A DNA stretch of 64,000 bases. It comes from Eledone cirrhosa. Taxonomy: Eukaryota. Below the pieces are notes generated by a model. It made no database searches. It was not told where the DNA came from and saw only the letters and a list, made by a program, of their open reading frames with translations. Location of the stretch: contig OZ024742.1 in NCBI GenBank assembly GCA_964016885.1, positions 146,816,001 through 146,880,000 on the forward strand. Direction: 5' to 3'. How positions within the stretch are numbered: the first letter of the stretch is position 1; every line of letters begins with the position of its first letter. Both the position numbers and the translations under genes were made by a program. Positions 10,989 through 23,577 of the stretch are shown piece by piece.

Positions 10989-13900
10989 ATGAAGACGTCG
11001 CATCTCAGAGTTGCAACACTTAATGTTGGCACTCTCAGGGGTAGATCTGCTGAAATAGCGGAGATGCTAGAGAGAAAGCATGTGGATGTGTGCTGCGTGC
11101 AAGAGGTGAGATGGAGAGGTGCCTCTGCGAGACTAGTCGTAGGCAAACATCTTAGCTATAAGCTTTTCTGGGTAGGTAAGGATGATGGGTTAGGGGGAGT
11201 AGGCATTTTCCTGGCTGAGAGATGGATCAATAAGACAATAGAGGTAGTTCGAGTTAGTAATCGAAAAATTAAGCTTAGATTAGTTGTAGGCAGGAGACTA
11301 CTGACAATCATCTCTGCCTATGCTCCCAAGCAGGCCTAGGCAAAGATGAGAAAGACTGCTTTTACAAGCAACTTTTACAAACAATCGCAATGACAGAGGA
11401 CGGAGACATCATTATGCTAGCAGGGGACTTCAATGGTCATGTTGGACAGCTCCAGGATGGTTACACTGGGGTACATGGTGGGCACGGTTACTGCTCAAGA
11501 AATGAAGAAGGAGTGAGACTTCTTGAATTTTGTGATGCAAGTACACTGACTATTTGCAACACAAACTTCCAGAAACCTGCCAATCACCTAATACGAGCAC
11601 ATAAGCCAGATTGACTTCTTACTAGTTAGGCAGCGGGATAGGCAGATAGTGTCTAATACCAAGGCATACCCTGGGGAAGAATGTACCCCACAGCATAGGT
11701 TAGTCGTTAGTGATATCTCAGTAAGCAAGAGATGGAATGAGACATACAGGAAGGTGTGGAGAAGAAAGGTCTGGAAGCTAAAAGACCTTTCACTAAAATA
11801 CAAATTTAGGAAAGCCCTTCAAGATGTATATGACGAAAAAGAAGACGATTTAGAGACGTATGACATAGATAATAACTGGAATTTCTTACGTGACAACTTT
11901 CTGCAGGCTACTGATGAAACTTGTGGCTGGAGCAGAGATCCAGCCAGACAGAGAGTGACCTGGTGGTGGAACAGCACAGTAGATAAGGCCATTAGAGACA
12001 AAAGACTAGCATGGAAGGCTTGGAAAAAGGGTGGGAGTAGGGAAGAATATACAGCCGCTAAGAGAGAAGCTAGACGTCAGGTGTACTTAGCACGCAGGGA
12101 GGCTGAGAGTAGGAGGTTTGCCAATGTTCTGCGACCGGAAGATCAGAGGCATGCGGTGTTGCTGATTGCAAGGCAGTGTCTCAATGCAAATCAGGATGTT
12201 GTTGGAGATAAATGTGTCCGGCATGATGCCGGTGTACTTAGTGTCACGGATGATCAGAAAAAGGAGGCCTGGAAATGTCATTATGAGAGACTGATGAATG
12301 TGGAGAGCGAATGGGAGAGAGAGAAATTACCCTTAGTAGATCCGACAGAGGGACCAGCTATTGAGATTGACAAATATAGGGTCCAAGAGGTGATTAAGGA
12401 AATGAAAAATGGTAAGGTTGCTGGACCATCGAAAATAGTTGCTGAGATGCTGAAGGCATCAGGGGACGTAGGCACTAAACTGGTTGCATGCATCATCAAT
12501 CAGGCTATATATGGTGGTGTCATACCCAAAGACTGGTGCAGCAGTATTCTCATAAATTGCTACAAAGGTAAAGGGGATATTCTGGAGAGGAGCAATTATA
12601 GGGGTATAAAATTGATGGATCAGGTTATGAAAGTGGCAGAAAGGATATTAACACAACTAATTAGAGAAAGGGTCAAACTAGATGAGATGCAGTTTGGTTT
12701 TGTGCCTCGGAAGAGTACAACAGATGCCTTCTTCTTGGTAAGACAATTGCAAGAGAGGTTCTTAGAGAAAAATAAGCCACTATACTTAGCCTTTGTTGAC
12801 CTAGAGAAGGCCTTTGATAGGGTACCCCGATCTGTCATCTGGTGGTCCCTAAGGAAACTAGGTGTTGAGGAATGGTTTGTGAGGACAGTGCAAACTTTGT
12901 ACAGAGGTACTCTCAGTAAAGTCAGGGTAGGAATGGAGTTTAGTGAGGAATTCCAGATACAAGTAGGAGTACATCAAGATTTGGTCCCCAGCCGACTCTT
13001 GTTCATTATAGTCCTCCAAGCCATAACAGGAGTTTAAGACTGTCTGTCCATGGGAACTTCTCTATGCTGACGATCTGGTTCTTATAGCAGAATCAGTAGA
13101 GGAGCTAGAGAATAAATTCTGGCTATGGAAACAGCAGTTGGAAGCAAGAGGACTGAGAGTGAACCTAGCTAAGACAAAAGTGTTGATGAGTAGAAAAAGA
13201 CAAAACTCTGATTCCGTCAGGGAAATGGCCATGTTCGATATGCAGAAAAGGAACTGGCATAAATTCTATAAAATGCACACAATGCAGGTCCTGGGTACAC
13301 AAGAGATGTAGCGGGATAGCAAGCAAACTAACAGGTAGGGGGAAATATGTATGCAGTAGATGTACAGGGAAATTAGACAGTAGAAGTCGCATTGATAGAC
13401 ACATTTTTCAAATGCAGTAGGGTGCTATAGAAGTGGTGGATAGCTTCCGGTACCTAGGAGATCAGATTAGCATGGGAGGGGGGGGGGGGGTTCTGAGGCC
13501 ATAGTATCTAGAATAAGGACGGGTTGGAAGAAGTTTAGGGAGCTGCTTCCTCTGCTGACGAAGAAGGGTTTCTCCCTGCGTACGAAAGGCCGGTTATATG
13601 ATGCCTGTGTGAGGAGCGTGATGCTGCATGGTAGTGAGACATGGGCAGCAACTGCAGAGGATATGCGACGGCTGGAGAGAAATGAAGCAAGCATGCTCTG
13701 TTGGATGTGCAGTGTAAATGTGCGTGAAATACCCAGCATGAATGTGTTGAGAGAGAAACTGTGTCTGAGAGGGATAGAATGTAGTGTACGGGAGAGGAGA
13801 CTGAGGTGGTATGGACATGTGATGCGCATGGAGGATGACCGATGGGTAAAGAAGTGGCAGGAAATGCCAGTTGAAGGAAGACGTGGTAGAGGTAGACCAC

Positions 13901-14034
13901 GAAAAACATGGGCGGAGGTGGTGAGAACAGACCTCAGATCACGGTGGAGATAAAGAAGGACCGTGACGAGTGGAGAGATGCTGTACTGAATAAGACCTGT
14001 CCCACCCTTGCGAGCAGGGAAGAGCGGACGTAAA

Positions 14035-14065
<31 letters not shown>
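10989..14065 (+). mobile_element. RTE-A LINE, near full length (APE endonuclease + RT), disrupted
   Basis: EN motifs ATLNVGTL, CVQE, SAYAP, AGDFNGH and IDF. RT motifs NYRGIKL, QFGF, FVDLEKAFDRV and YADD, then C-terminal RWYGHV and GRPRKTW with a (GAT)n tail. Several frameshifts and a stop near 13418. Confidence 0.95.
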
Positions 14066-14066
<1 letters not shown>

Positions 14067-14105
14067 ATATAACAGCATGTTGTAGTTTGCTTGAAGCTTG
14101 GTTGA

Positions 14106-14503
14106 ATAAGAAATACAAATTTCGATAATTTTGAAAACCATACAATGCACTTGAAAATTAAAATTGCGAAGATAACAATAGAATCTTACCTTAGCAAATT
14201 TAATAATCCCAAATATTTTCTGGTTTAAAAACCCATTATCAAGGGAGTATCCTTGTGAGAGACTTACAGAATCGATCGCAGATTTAAGTTAAAAGATTTA
14301 ACTTAAATCTGCCTTCCTAACAAGTCATCTGCAATCGCTCCTGTAAGTCTCTCACAAGGATACTCCCTTGATAATGGGTTTTTAAATCAGAAAATATTTG
14401 GGATTATTAAATTTGCTAAGCTAAGATTCTATTGTTATCTTGGCAATTTTAATTTTCTAGTGCATTGTTTAGTTTTCAAAATTATTCAAATTTGTGTTTC
14501 TTA
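14106..14503. repeat. Fold-back element with about 175-bp arms, a variant hammerhead in each arm and a nested loop hairpin
   Basis: 14106-14283 pairs with 14327-14503. A nested hairpin spans 14278-14312. The right arm reads tccc-TTGATAA-tgggtttttaaatca-GAAA-atat-TT-ggga. Confidence 0.8.
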
Positions 14504-14543
14504 TATATATATTTCTTGATCAACTTTGCACACACACAGACAC

Positions 14544-14589
<46 letters not shown>

Positions 14590-14594
<5 letters not shown>

Positions 14595-15978
14595 AAAACA
14601 ATGATCAGGTAAGAAAAATGGTCGCACATGCAATAGGGGCTAGTATCAAAACTACCCTAAAGGGCCACATATTCAAGTTCAACGAGAAGATCTACACCCA
14701 AAATGAGGGAGCAGCCATTGGCGTCAGCATAGCTGCTGACGTTGCCAACCTTTTTATGGTATGGTGGGAAAGGAGACTCAAAGATCTCCTTAATGAGAGC
14801 TCCATAGACCTCATCATGTACTCTTGTTTCGTAGATGACATCAATATAGTAATAAAGGACATCCCCACAAGAGACCACTAACAAGTTTGATTTAGAACGT
14901 AGCACAATGGAAAGCATCCAGCAGATAGCTAATTCCATACACCAGAGTATAACTGTAACTATCGACTACCCTTCCAAACACCCTAACAATAGACTACCTG
15001 TATTAGACATGGAACTCTGGATTAACACTATAGACGAGAGAGCCCAAATTCTCCACTCACACTATGCTAAACCCATGGCCTCCAAATACCTGATACTCAA
15101 AAACTCAGCAATGTCCAGTAGTGCTAAGTTTAATATTCTGATCGCAGACTTGGTTCGAGTGATGAAGAACATGTCCCGCATGTGCGACCCAACAGAAATG
15201 GAAAGACACATCCAACACTTCATCAACCGCATGCAGTTCTCTGGCTACAACCAAAGAGACAGAATCAGAGTATACAAAGGAGCCACGGAGAAGTATAAGA
15301 CCTTCATAGAACTGGACATGAAAGGAATTTGCCCATTATACAGGAGCAAATCATGGAATAGCTTAGATTGGACTAGACATAAGATAGGGAAGCCACCTCA
15401 TGGTACGACAACCAGAGATACCAGAGTGTCATGTTTGTGGACGCTACCCCTGGAGGGAAATTAGCTAACCAGTGTAGAAAGGCCCTGAGAAAGACCCACT
15501 TAAAGATTAAGGTGGTAGAAAAGCCAGGAACCACCATAAAATCCCTGATCAGCAAAACCTACCCTTTTAAGAAAACCCACTGTACTAATAGGAAATGTAT
15601 CATATGTAGAATAAACCCCCGGATAAACTGTAAAACTAGAAACGTAGTCTATAGCATAAGTTGTACAGAGGGTACTTGCAGAAACATGACAACAACATGC
15701 ATAGGCGAGACAGCTCGTAGCATAGGTGAATGGATAGAGCAACACTGGGGGGAACTAAAAGGACAAAAAAACGGTTCAGTACTATACGAACATGCCAGAC
15801 AACAACACAACGGTAACATAGACAACATAGAAGTTAGAATAATATCTAAACATAGAAATGACCCAGCAGATAGGCAAATCAGAGAGGCCAGCGAAATTGA
15901 ACTTAGAAGGCCAAGGCTAAACAGAAAAAATGAATGGAATAACAACAACACCCAAACAACACTGACCTAAGAGAAGTA

Positions 15979-16041
<63 letters not shown>

Positions 16042-16501
16042 ATACATACACAAGCACAATAACAATAAACACATATAAACACACACTAGTAAACTAAGAT
16101 AGAATACATTAACCAATACACAGTCACCCAAACAAGAACACACATCAAACAAAACACTATACACACACGCAAACGCATGCGCAGAGAAGACAAAAAATAA
16201 ACAAATAAATAAACAGACTAAATAAAGATGGCATAGGCATACAATGCAACAGGAGGAAACATAATAGCACCACTGACGATGTTGCAGATGTTCAACGAAA
16301 GAACTTTAATAGATTATATATATGTGTTTGTGTCTATATTGTATCTGTATTTTTGACCGTTGGTCAGTCAATGGCAACATTGGGGACCAAATAAATTAAA
16401 TTAACCAATATAAAAGACACAGAAGCGAAAACCAACTAAACTGTGAGTGTGTTCTGTTATTAATTCTGGCAATACTATTACACAAATATGACCCTCCCCA
16501 A

Positions 16502-16503
<2 letters not shown>
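14590..16503 (+). mobile_element. Penelope-like element, 5'-truncated (partial RT, C-terminal GIY-YIG, 3' terminal region)
   Basis: RT reads FKFNEKIYTQNEGAAIG..ANLFM..FVDDI and LPVLDMEL. GIY-YIG reads CKTRNVVYSISC...CIGETARSI..WIEQH...RQIREA..I...RPRLN. One stop and one frameshift. (TA)n on both sides. Subclade not assigned. Confidence 0.9.
16268..16310 (+). ncRNA. Hammerhead motif in the PLE 3' region
   Basis: cacca-CTGACGA-t-gttg cagatgtt caac-GAAA-gaac-TT. The 3' strand of stem I has decayed. Hammerheads in PLE terminal repeats are established. Confidence 0.65.
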
Positions 16504-16543
<40 letters not shown>

Positions 16544-16587
16544 AATGAATAATAACAGGTAGACATCATAAAAAGGTAATTTATTCC

Positions 16588-16707
16588 GAGTGCTTACAAA
16601 TGTTTCAACAGTAGTTATACAGCCTAGTCATGCTATGTGCAAATTGGTAATTATTTGTTTGCAGAAACTCAATTTTCAAATGCTGCATCTACCGTTTCCT
16701 CAGTGCA
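16588..16707 (-). ncRNA. Hammerhead motif with long stem-II insertion
   Basis: Minus strand reads tgca-CTGAGGA-aacggtag...about 75 nt...ctactgtt-GAAA-catttg-TA-agca. Confidence 0.55.
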
Positions 16708-17753
16708 GAATGGCTGAAATGTAAATACCCTTGTATTTCTTAAAGGAAGTTATTAGGGAAGATAGAGTAGAAAAGGAAGAGAGAAAGAAGGAGAAAGAGA
16801 GAGAGAGAGAGAGAGATATGTAGGGGGTGGAGAAATGGGAGAGAGTGGTTTGAAGAATACAGATAGCTTAATCAAAATGTTGTGGTAGGGGTTTTATTAT
16901 ACTGCTTACTCTCAAAGTGACAACCTTAGGTATTGCGTTGATATAGTCAAGTTTGGAGTTGTTTATTGCCACAGAGAGCAGGTTCATAGATGTGGAGAGG
17001 GAGGGAGGTAGACCGGGGGGTGGGGCGAGAGAGAGAGAGGGGAAGGGAGAGAGAGAAAGAAAGAGAGATAGAGAGGAGACAGACGAAAGCTACGAGAAAG
17101 GGATACATCGGGTTCATAGTTGTAGTCTACAAATCGCACTCAAGTATCTATTTATAATGATAAGCAGGGTATTGTCTTGTAGTGTGGGGGTAGGGGATAT
17201 AGTTAGGAAGTAGTTATTGAGAGGAATTAGTTAGCGAGAAAGCGATGTTGTAGTCTCGGGTTCGAATGTTAAGTTATTTTATAGTGAGAGAATTTAGCCT
17301 TCAGTTTGTGGTTGCAGTATAACGATCATTCGATTCTGTCATTTATTAATTTGTTTTGGGATTTTAAGATATAAAAAAGTTCAAGGTTGCATAATCTGCA
17401 GTCCTTCAATCCACTCCGATATGCACTAGCGCTGGATAATTTATCCCATTTCAAGGTGAACTGCCGGCTGCATTCTCTTATTGGCGAGTGTAGTCACAAG
17501 ACGGTGTTTAGGATGTTAAACCAGGAATAAGGAATAAACGAAGAATAAGGAATAAATTAACTTTTTATGATGTCTACCTGTTATTATTCATTCTTTATCT
17601 ACACTCCGGAATACAGAAGGATCAGAAACTGAGTTTCTTCAACTATTCTTCCATAACTCGTTGAGTAACCCCTCACCGTACGTCAACTCTATCTAGTGTA
17701 GTAATTAACCATTACTGCATTCAGGATAATCCTAAGCATTTCTTGCATAACCT

Positions 17754-17800
<47 letters not shown>

Positions 17801-18134
17801 CATATATATATATTGATCATCCTCGTCTTTGTTGGCATCTCAGTTTCCAGAATTTGATTCTATTGAATATATCTAAGTGTTTCTAAAAAATGACTATATA
17901 ATCTAATGCTTAATTTTAAAGAACATTGACAATAATGAGATGAGATTTGGAGTATAGCTTAATCGAAGGGTTCTTTCTGTGTGTCTGCTTCATTCTGTAA
18001 ATGTAAGCTTCCTCTTTCCAATTGCCTTCAATTGCAGCATTGTCCTTCCACAGTGAACAACCAGGTGCATCAACAGTCCACAAGAAAATATCTATACTAA
18101 AGGTTTTAGATGTTTGCTTTAATTGATCATTGTA

Positions 18135-19427
18135 TGAAGTTCGGCTGAAAATTCATAGGCTGACTATGAAGGAGTGAAGCTAGAGCTGTGAAATCTTGCA
18201 TGCATTAATTTCAACTCTTCTTATTAATAACTTGCTATCGAATAAAGCATTCGATAGCATTCATCGACCGTCACTCTGGAGCATCATGCATGAGTATGGT
18301 CTGCCCCAAAAAGTCATTTCGGCAATCGAACAGATTTACGCAAACTCCAAGTGCTGCATACGGACAGAGGATGGTTACAGTGACTGGTTTGAGGTGGTTA
18401 CTGGTGTGCATCAAGGTTGCTTGCTCTCTCCAATTATCTTTGCCATAGCCATTGACTGAGTACTAAGAAGAGAGTCTAAAGACCAGGGTATATCTTGGGT
18501 AGGAGAGCAAAAGTTGTCTGACCTGGACTTTGCAGACAATATTGTTGCACTTGCAGAGAGCACAGCTGACCTGCAAATCATTGTGAACAATATCAATGTC
18601 GAAGCAGGAAGCTTAGGTCTCAATATCAGTGCTAAGAAGACCAAAAGCATGTTATCTGGGACACACCCACCACCAACCAGTGTCTTCATTGAACAGGGGG
18701 AGGTGGAGATAGTGGACAACTTCACCTACCTAGGAAGCTCCATTGACAATGGGGGCGCCATGGACAGTGAATTGCAATGTAGAATGGGAAAGGCTTCAGC
18801 AGCATTTAACCAGCTTGTCAAGATCTGGAGGAGCAGGAAGTTCACCCTCAAAACAAAGATGAGATTCTACAACAACAACGTGCTGTCCACACTCTTGTAC
18901 AGAAGTGAAACATGGCACCTTAAGACCAGCCAAGAGAAGAAGTTGGACGCATTCGATTCCAGGTGTCTGCGAAAGATCCTGGGGATTAAATGGAGTGACC
19001 ATGTAACAAACCAGGAAGTCAGGAACCGCACCAACCAGCAGCTAGTCTCTTCTGCCATCTGCAAGCGGCACCTGGGCTGGTTTGGGCATGCTTTGAGACT
19101 TCCCCCGGAGAGACTGGCGAACCAAGTACTTAAATGGAACCACAGGGAAGCAGACGGAGAGGGCGACCCAAAATGAACTGGCGCCAGACAGTTGAGAGGG
19201 ACCTGCGAGCGACAAACAGACAATGGCGGGACGCTGTGCAACTGGCTGCTGACCGAACGCGGTGGAACACTGTGATTGCCTCATGCGTCGCAAGACGCGG
19301 GAGCTTCTGAGTCTGAGTATTAATAACTGCATTGTTTCTGTCCAGGGATTATGTTGAAAAATAAACCTTATTTGGTCATTCCATAAGAGTATCTTTGTCA
19401 GCCTATGAACTTTTCAGCCAATCCTGG
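18135..19427. mobile_element. mariner/Tc1-type MITE (about 200 bp) interrupted by an RTE
   Basis: TIRs ggctgaaaattcataggctgac and gtcagcctatgaacttttcagcc, with TA dinucleotides just outside both inferred ends. Confidence 0.65.
18233..19317 (+). mobile_element. RTE-clade LINE (further family), 5'-truncated
   Basis: Reads KAFDSI, GVHQGCLLSP, DLDFADNI, FTYLGS and WFGHALR. Tail is (CTGAGT)2. 11-bp TSD tattaataact at 18222-18232 and 19318-19328. Confidence 0.9.
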
Positions 19428-20232
19428 TATTACTATCTCACAGCTTCTAATGGACATGTTCATTCTTAGGACATAAGAACATTCAGCAGTTGATAATATG
19501 AAACTCTTCAACCCATTGCAGCTAGGTTTTATGTTCTCAATTGTAAAAGAGTTCTGTCAAATAAGTGATATTTGATGAAGTGTGAGAAAATCTTAGCTCA
19601 CTCTATTGGTTAGATGAAAACAACAATACAATGAAATCCCTAATTGTAGAAAAATGGAAATTATACTTAACAAAGAGAAAATCTGGCTTCTAAAGTCAGA
19701 GATAAAATTAATTATTTCTGTCAGAAACAGAGAATAACAACAACTAATGTTTTAAGACAATTTTCTCTGCTAAAACAAGACCCCTTGATAGGCTTCACAC
19801 TAGCCATAGGGTCTTTTTTGAGGCAATTATTATTGTTAGACCTCTGTTGTTTGCAACGATGAGTGCTCCAGTTAATTCAGTCAAAAGAAATGATGCTCAT
19901 GAAATTATCTGAAACTAGTTAAGTACTTGACAGAATACGCAGCCATAACGCAGTTCTCAGGAAAATTCAGTATGACACAGTGTTAAACAAGGCTGACCCC
20001 TTCAATTATAGGTACAACTCATTTTTGTCAGCTAAGTGGACTGAAGCAACGGGAAATAAAATGTCTTGCTCAATGTGCCATTTGGTCAAGGAATCGAACT
20101 AACAATCTTATAATCATGAGCCAAATGTTTTTTCAGGTGCTAACTCTTTTAGTTGTCTCTTATAATACACAGGGATACATTGTACCTATTCTAAACTGGT
20201 TTATAATCTATGTGTGTCAGAAACACATAGAA

Positions 20233-20996
20233 GACATGATGTACAGTCTGTTTAGAGGGCACATTATTTGAGCTGTGGTGGACATGATGTACAGCCTGCT
20301 TGGTGGGCACATTATTTGAGCTGTGGTGGACATGATGTACAGTCTGTTTGGAGGGCACATTATTTGAGCTGTGGTGGACATGATTTACAGTCTGTTTGGA
20401 GGGCACATTATTTGATCTGTGGTGGACATGATGTACAGCCTGCTTGGTGGGCACATCATTTGAGCTGTGGTGGACATGATGTACAGCCTGCTTTGTGGGC
20501 ACATCATTTGAGCTGTGGTGGACATGATGTACAGCCTGCTTGGTGGGCACATCATTTGATCTGTGGTGGACATGATGTACAGCCTGTTTGGAGGGCACAT
20601 CATTTGATCTGTGGTGGACATGATGTACAGCCTGCTTGGTGGGCACATCATTTGAGCTGTGGTGGACATGATGTACAGCCTGTTTGGAGGGCACATTATT
20701 TGAACTGTGGTGGACATGATGTACAGCCTGCTTGGTGGGCACATCATTTGAACTGTGGTGGACATGATGTACAGCCTGCTTGGTGGGCACATCATTTGAG
20801 CTGTGGTGGACATGATGTACAGCCTGTTTGGAGGGCACATTATTTGAGCTGTGGTGGACATGATGTACAGCCTGCTTGGTGGGCACATCATTTGAGCTGT
20901 GGTGGACATGATGTACAGCCTGCTTGGTGGGCACATCATTTGAACTGTGGTGGACATGATGTACAGCCTGTTTGGAGGGCACATAATTTGAGCTAT
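20233..20996. repeat. 48-bp minisatellite, about 16 copies
   Basis: Unit gacatgatgtacagcctgcttggtgggcacatcatttgagctgtggtg, with recurrent variants. Confidence 0.95.
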
Positions 20997-21799
20997 GGCA
21001 GAAATGGTAAACATTTAGCAGGAAAAATAGCCTTAAAGTGTTTGTTGTTGTTATATGAAGGGCTCACCAAGATCAAAATATGGCCATGCAGACAGTACTT
21101 ACCTTCTCACACAAGTGGGATTAAATGATCAAACCATATCAGTATGGAAAGATGGTTGTACCCTCCCCCTTAATGATCTTTGACCTCCATCAATGATAAG
21201 CATCCAGTGCACCCTGTAAAACTGTATTGCTAATGACATAATATTATGCGCCTAGTACACACTTTGAAGTGATTGATATTAGGAAGGGCATCTAGCCATA
21301 GAAATCATGCCTAAAATAAAACATATGAGGTAGACATTGTCATTTGACTGGTCTAGCTACTGAACATGACAACCTACCTAACCTACGCAAGAATGGAAAA
21401 TAGATGTAAAACAGTGATGATGATTAAGAGGAATAATAATAATGATGATAATGATGATGATGATGATGATAATGATATTTCGTTATTATCATATTACAAT
21501 GGTGTAAGATTATATTCTATAATATAATGTTAAGAATTTTTACAAGAACCACATTGCAACAAAATTAGAAATTTTCTTAATTAGTTAACTCTATAATTAT
21601 TGGTTACAGCTAATTCCTCATCAGGCTTTAGGAGGGTGGGGAAGTGAGATGAGAGAGGGTGCTGTTTAATTATCTCTAATATTTGGTAATATTTATATAT
21701 TTCTATAGCAGAGAAATGATTCTATTTTCATTGGCTGGTTTAATAAATCAATCATATCACAATGAGGTAGAGAAGCACTATGGTACATTGATATTCGTA

Positions 21800-22295
21800 G
21801 GTATGTGGCTTAGTGGTTAGGTTGTTTTGCTAGTGATTGTAAGGCCAAGAGATTGATTTCCTGCAGCACTGTGTCTTCAAGCAAGGCATTTTATTTCATA
21901 TTGCTCCAGTCCACTCAGCTAGACAAAATGATTTCTACTTCTAATTCAAAGGAACAGTCTTGTCACATTCTGTGTCACACTGAATCTCCCTGGGAACTGC
22001 ATTAACCCTTTAGCATTTACCTTACTCTATATTTACTAGTGTATGTTCATGGTAAAGGCTTTATCTCATATAATATCTCACATAATATCAAATCAATGAC
22101 ATTTTGATATTATTCATTTTGAGAACAATACCTTAATATGAGTATGAGTGGCCAGTTACGGCCGGTTTGAACAGAAAGTGGTGAGAAAATTCTGTCCAGA
22201 TACAGCTTATTTAAATGCTAAAGGGTTAAGGATACACGTGTCTGTGGAATGCTCAATCACTTGCACATTAATTTCACAAACAGGCTGTTCCATTA
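21800..22295 (+). mobile_element. Old tRNA-headed SINE interrupted by a MITE
   Basis: A-box-like tggcttagtgg and the body ttgctccagtccactcagct are shared with SINE-1. The 3' part matches the uninterrupted segment at 26710-26835. Confidence 0.65.
22006..22225. mobile_element. piggyBac-type MITE
   Basis: TIRs ccctttagcattta and taaatgctaaaggg, TTAA on both sides. Further copies at 40889 and 55214. Confidence 0.85.
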
Positions 22296-23405
22296 GTCAA
22301 ACTGGTTACTAGAAATATTTCAAAAATGGACAATCCTTTAAAATAAATGGAGAGATGAACTACAAAATAAAGATATGATTTATTGTATAGTATATCTTGA
22401 CTGCAAACAGATTGATATAAATCAGACTGGTAACTATTTTTGTGAACAAGTCAGAGTACACAAACAGCAGATAGGGAAATGGAAACACCAAATTCAAAAT
22501 ATTCCCTTTATATAAATATTCAAGAAATGATCCAAAGTACTGACTAGAAATGGAGAATATTTCATAGAGTAATTCAATCTGAAACTAAACCATAACAACT
22601 CTACTTAATGAGATGTGAAAATAAACATAGGGAACCTCTGATTTCATCCCTTTTAATGACAACTAAATTTATATCTTGATAAATCTCATGATGTCAAATG
22701 TGATAGATTCAAATTTTTTGTCCCAAATGATAAACAGTTTTTTACTACTTCTTTTGGCAATTATACTTTATTAGTATGTTATTCTCTATAAGTGTGTGTG
22801 TATGTGTATATATATATATATATACTAATCCATGCTACTGTGGAAAATAAACGTTAAACAATGATGATGATGATAAACATACTTCTTCTATCCTATGTCA
22901 CAAGCTCATTAATACATACACTCTTACATACAAATCACAGTTAGATACTTTACAATATATACTTCAACATACAAACATACATTAAAATTTAATCATACAC
23001 TCACGCATACAAACCCACACATTTCACGGACATACCCAACCACTGACAGATAATTTACATACACACACAAAATAAACTTCAATGCACATATACAGTACAC
23101 ACATTCAAACTTACATTCACTCACACGTAAAAGTCTGCAACCACACACCTCATGGATATATGCATAATACGCACAAACATTGTTACTTTACACAATAAAC
23201 CTTTAAAAAATGCACACGTTTAAACATAGCCATACATGCACACGTAATATCGACACAATACACATACATTTCACTTTGCATTCCAAAATTGTTACCAAGA
23301 CTACCTAATCGTTTGTCTTGTTTACTCTCATTATTTTCGTTTTTTTACTACAGACTACCTTTTATTTTCTGTATTTATCCTTTGTGATCCTGTCTCTATT
23401 TTGTA

Positions 23406-23440
23406 CTCCTGAGGAAGGGCTAAAACCCAACATGTCGAAC
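23406..23440 (+). ncRNA. Degenerate hammerhead-like motif
   Basis: ctc-CTGAGGA-aggg ctaaaa ccc-(GA missing)AA-catg-TC. Palindromic acatgt stem III and a GUC triplet. Confidence 0.4.
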
Positions 23441-23512
23441 TTTCTTTCTCCTTTTCCATATAAAGTGGGAAACTAATAAGACTTTTTGTACCTCTGTTTT
23501 GTCATTTTCTTG

Positions 23513-23577
<65 letters not shown>

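Noticed and set aside
17905-18085. Short protein-like minus-strand frame (IFLWTVDAPGCSLWKD...)
   Set aside because: No recognisable domain, a weak acceptor and no clear donor. It cannot be distinguished from chance or an old transposon relic.
20233-20996. 48-bp array as a CRISPR array or zinc-finger gene
   Set aside because: Units are head-to-tail without spacers, and no frame has C-x2-C...H-x3-H spacing.
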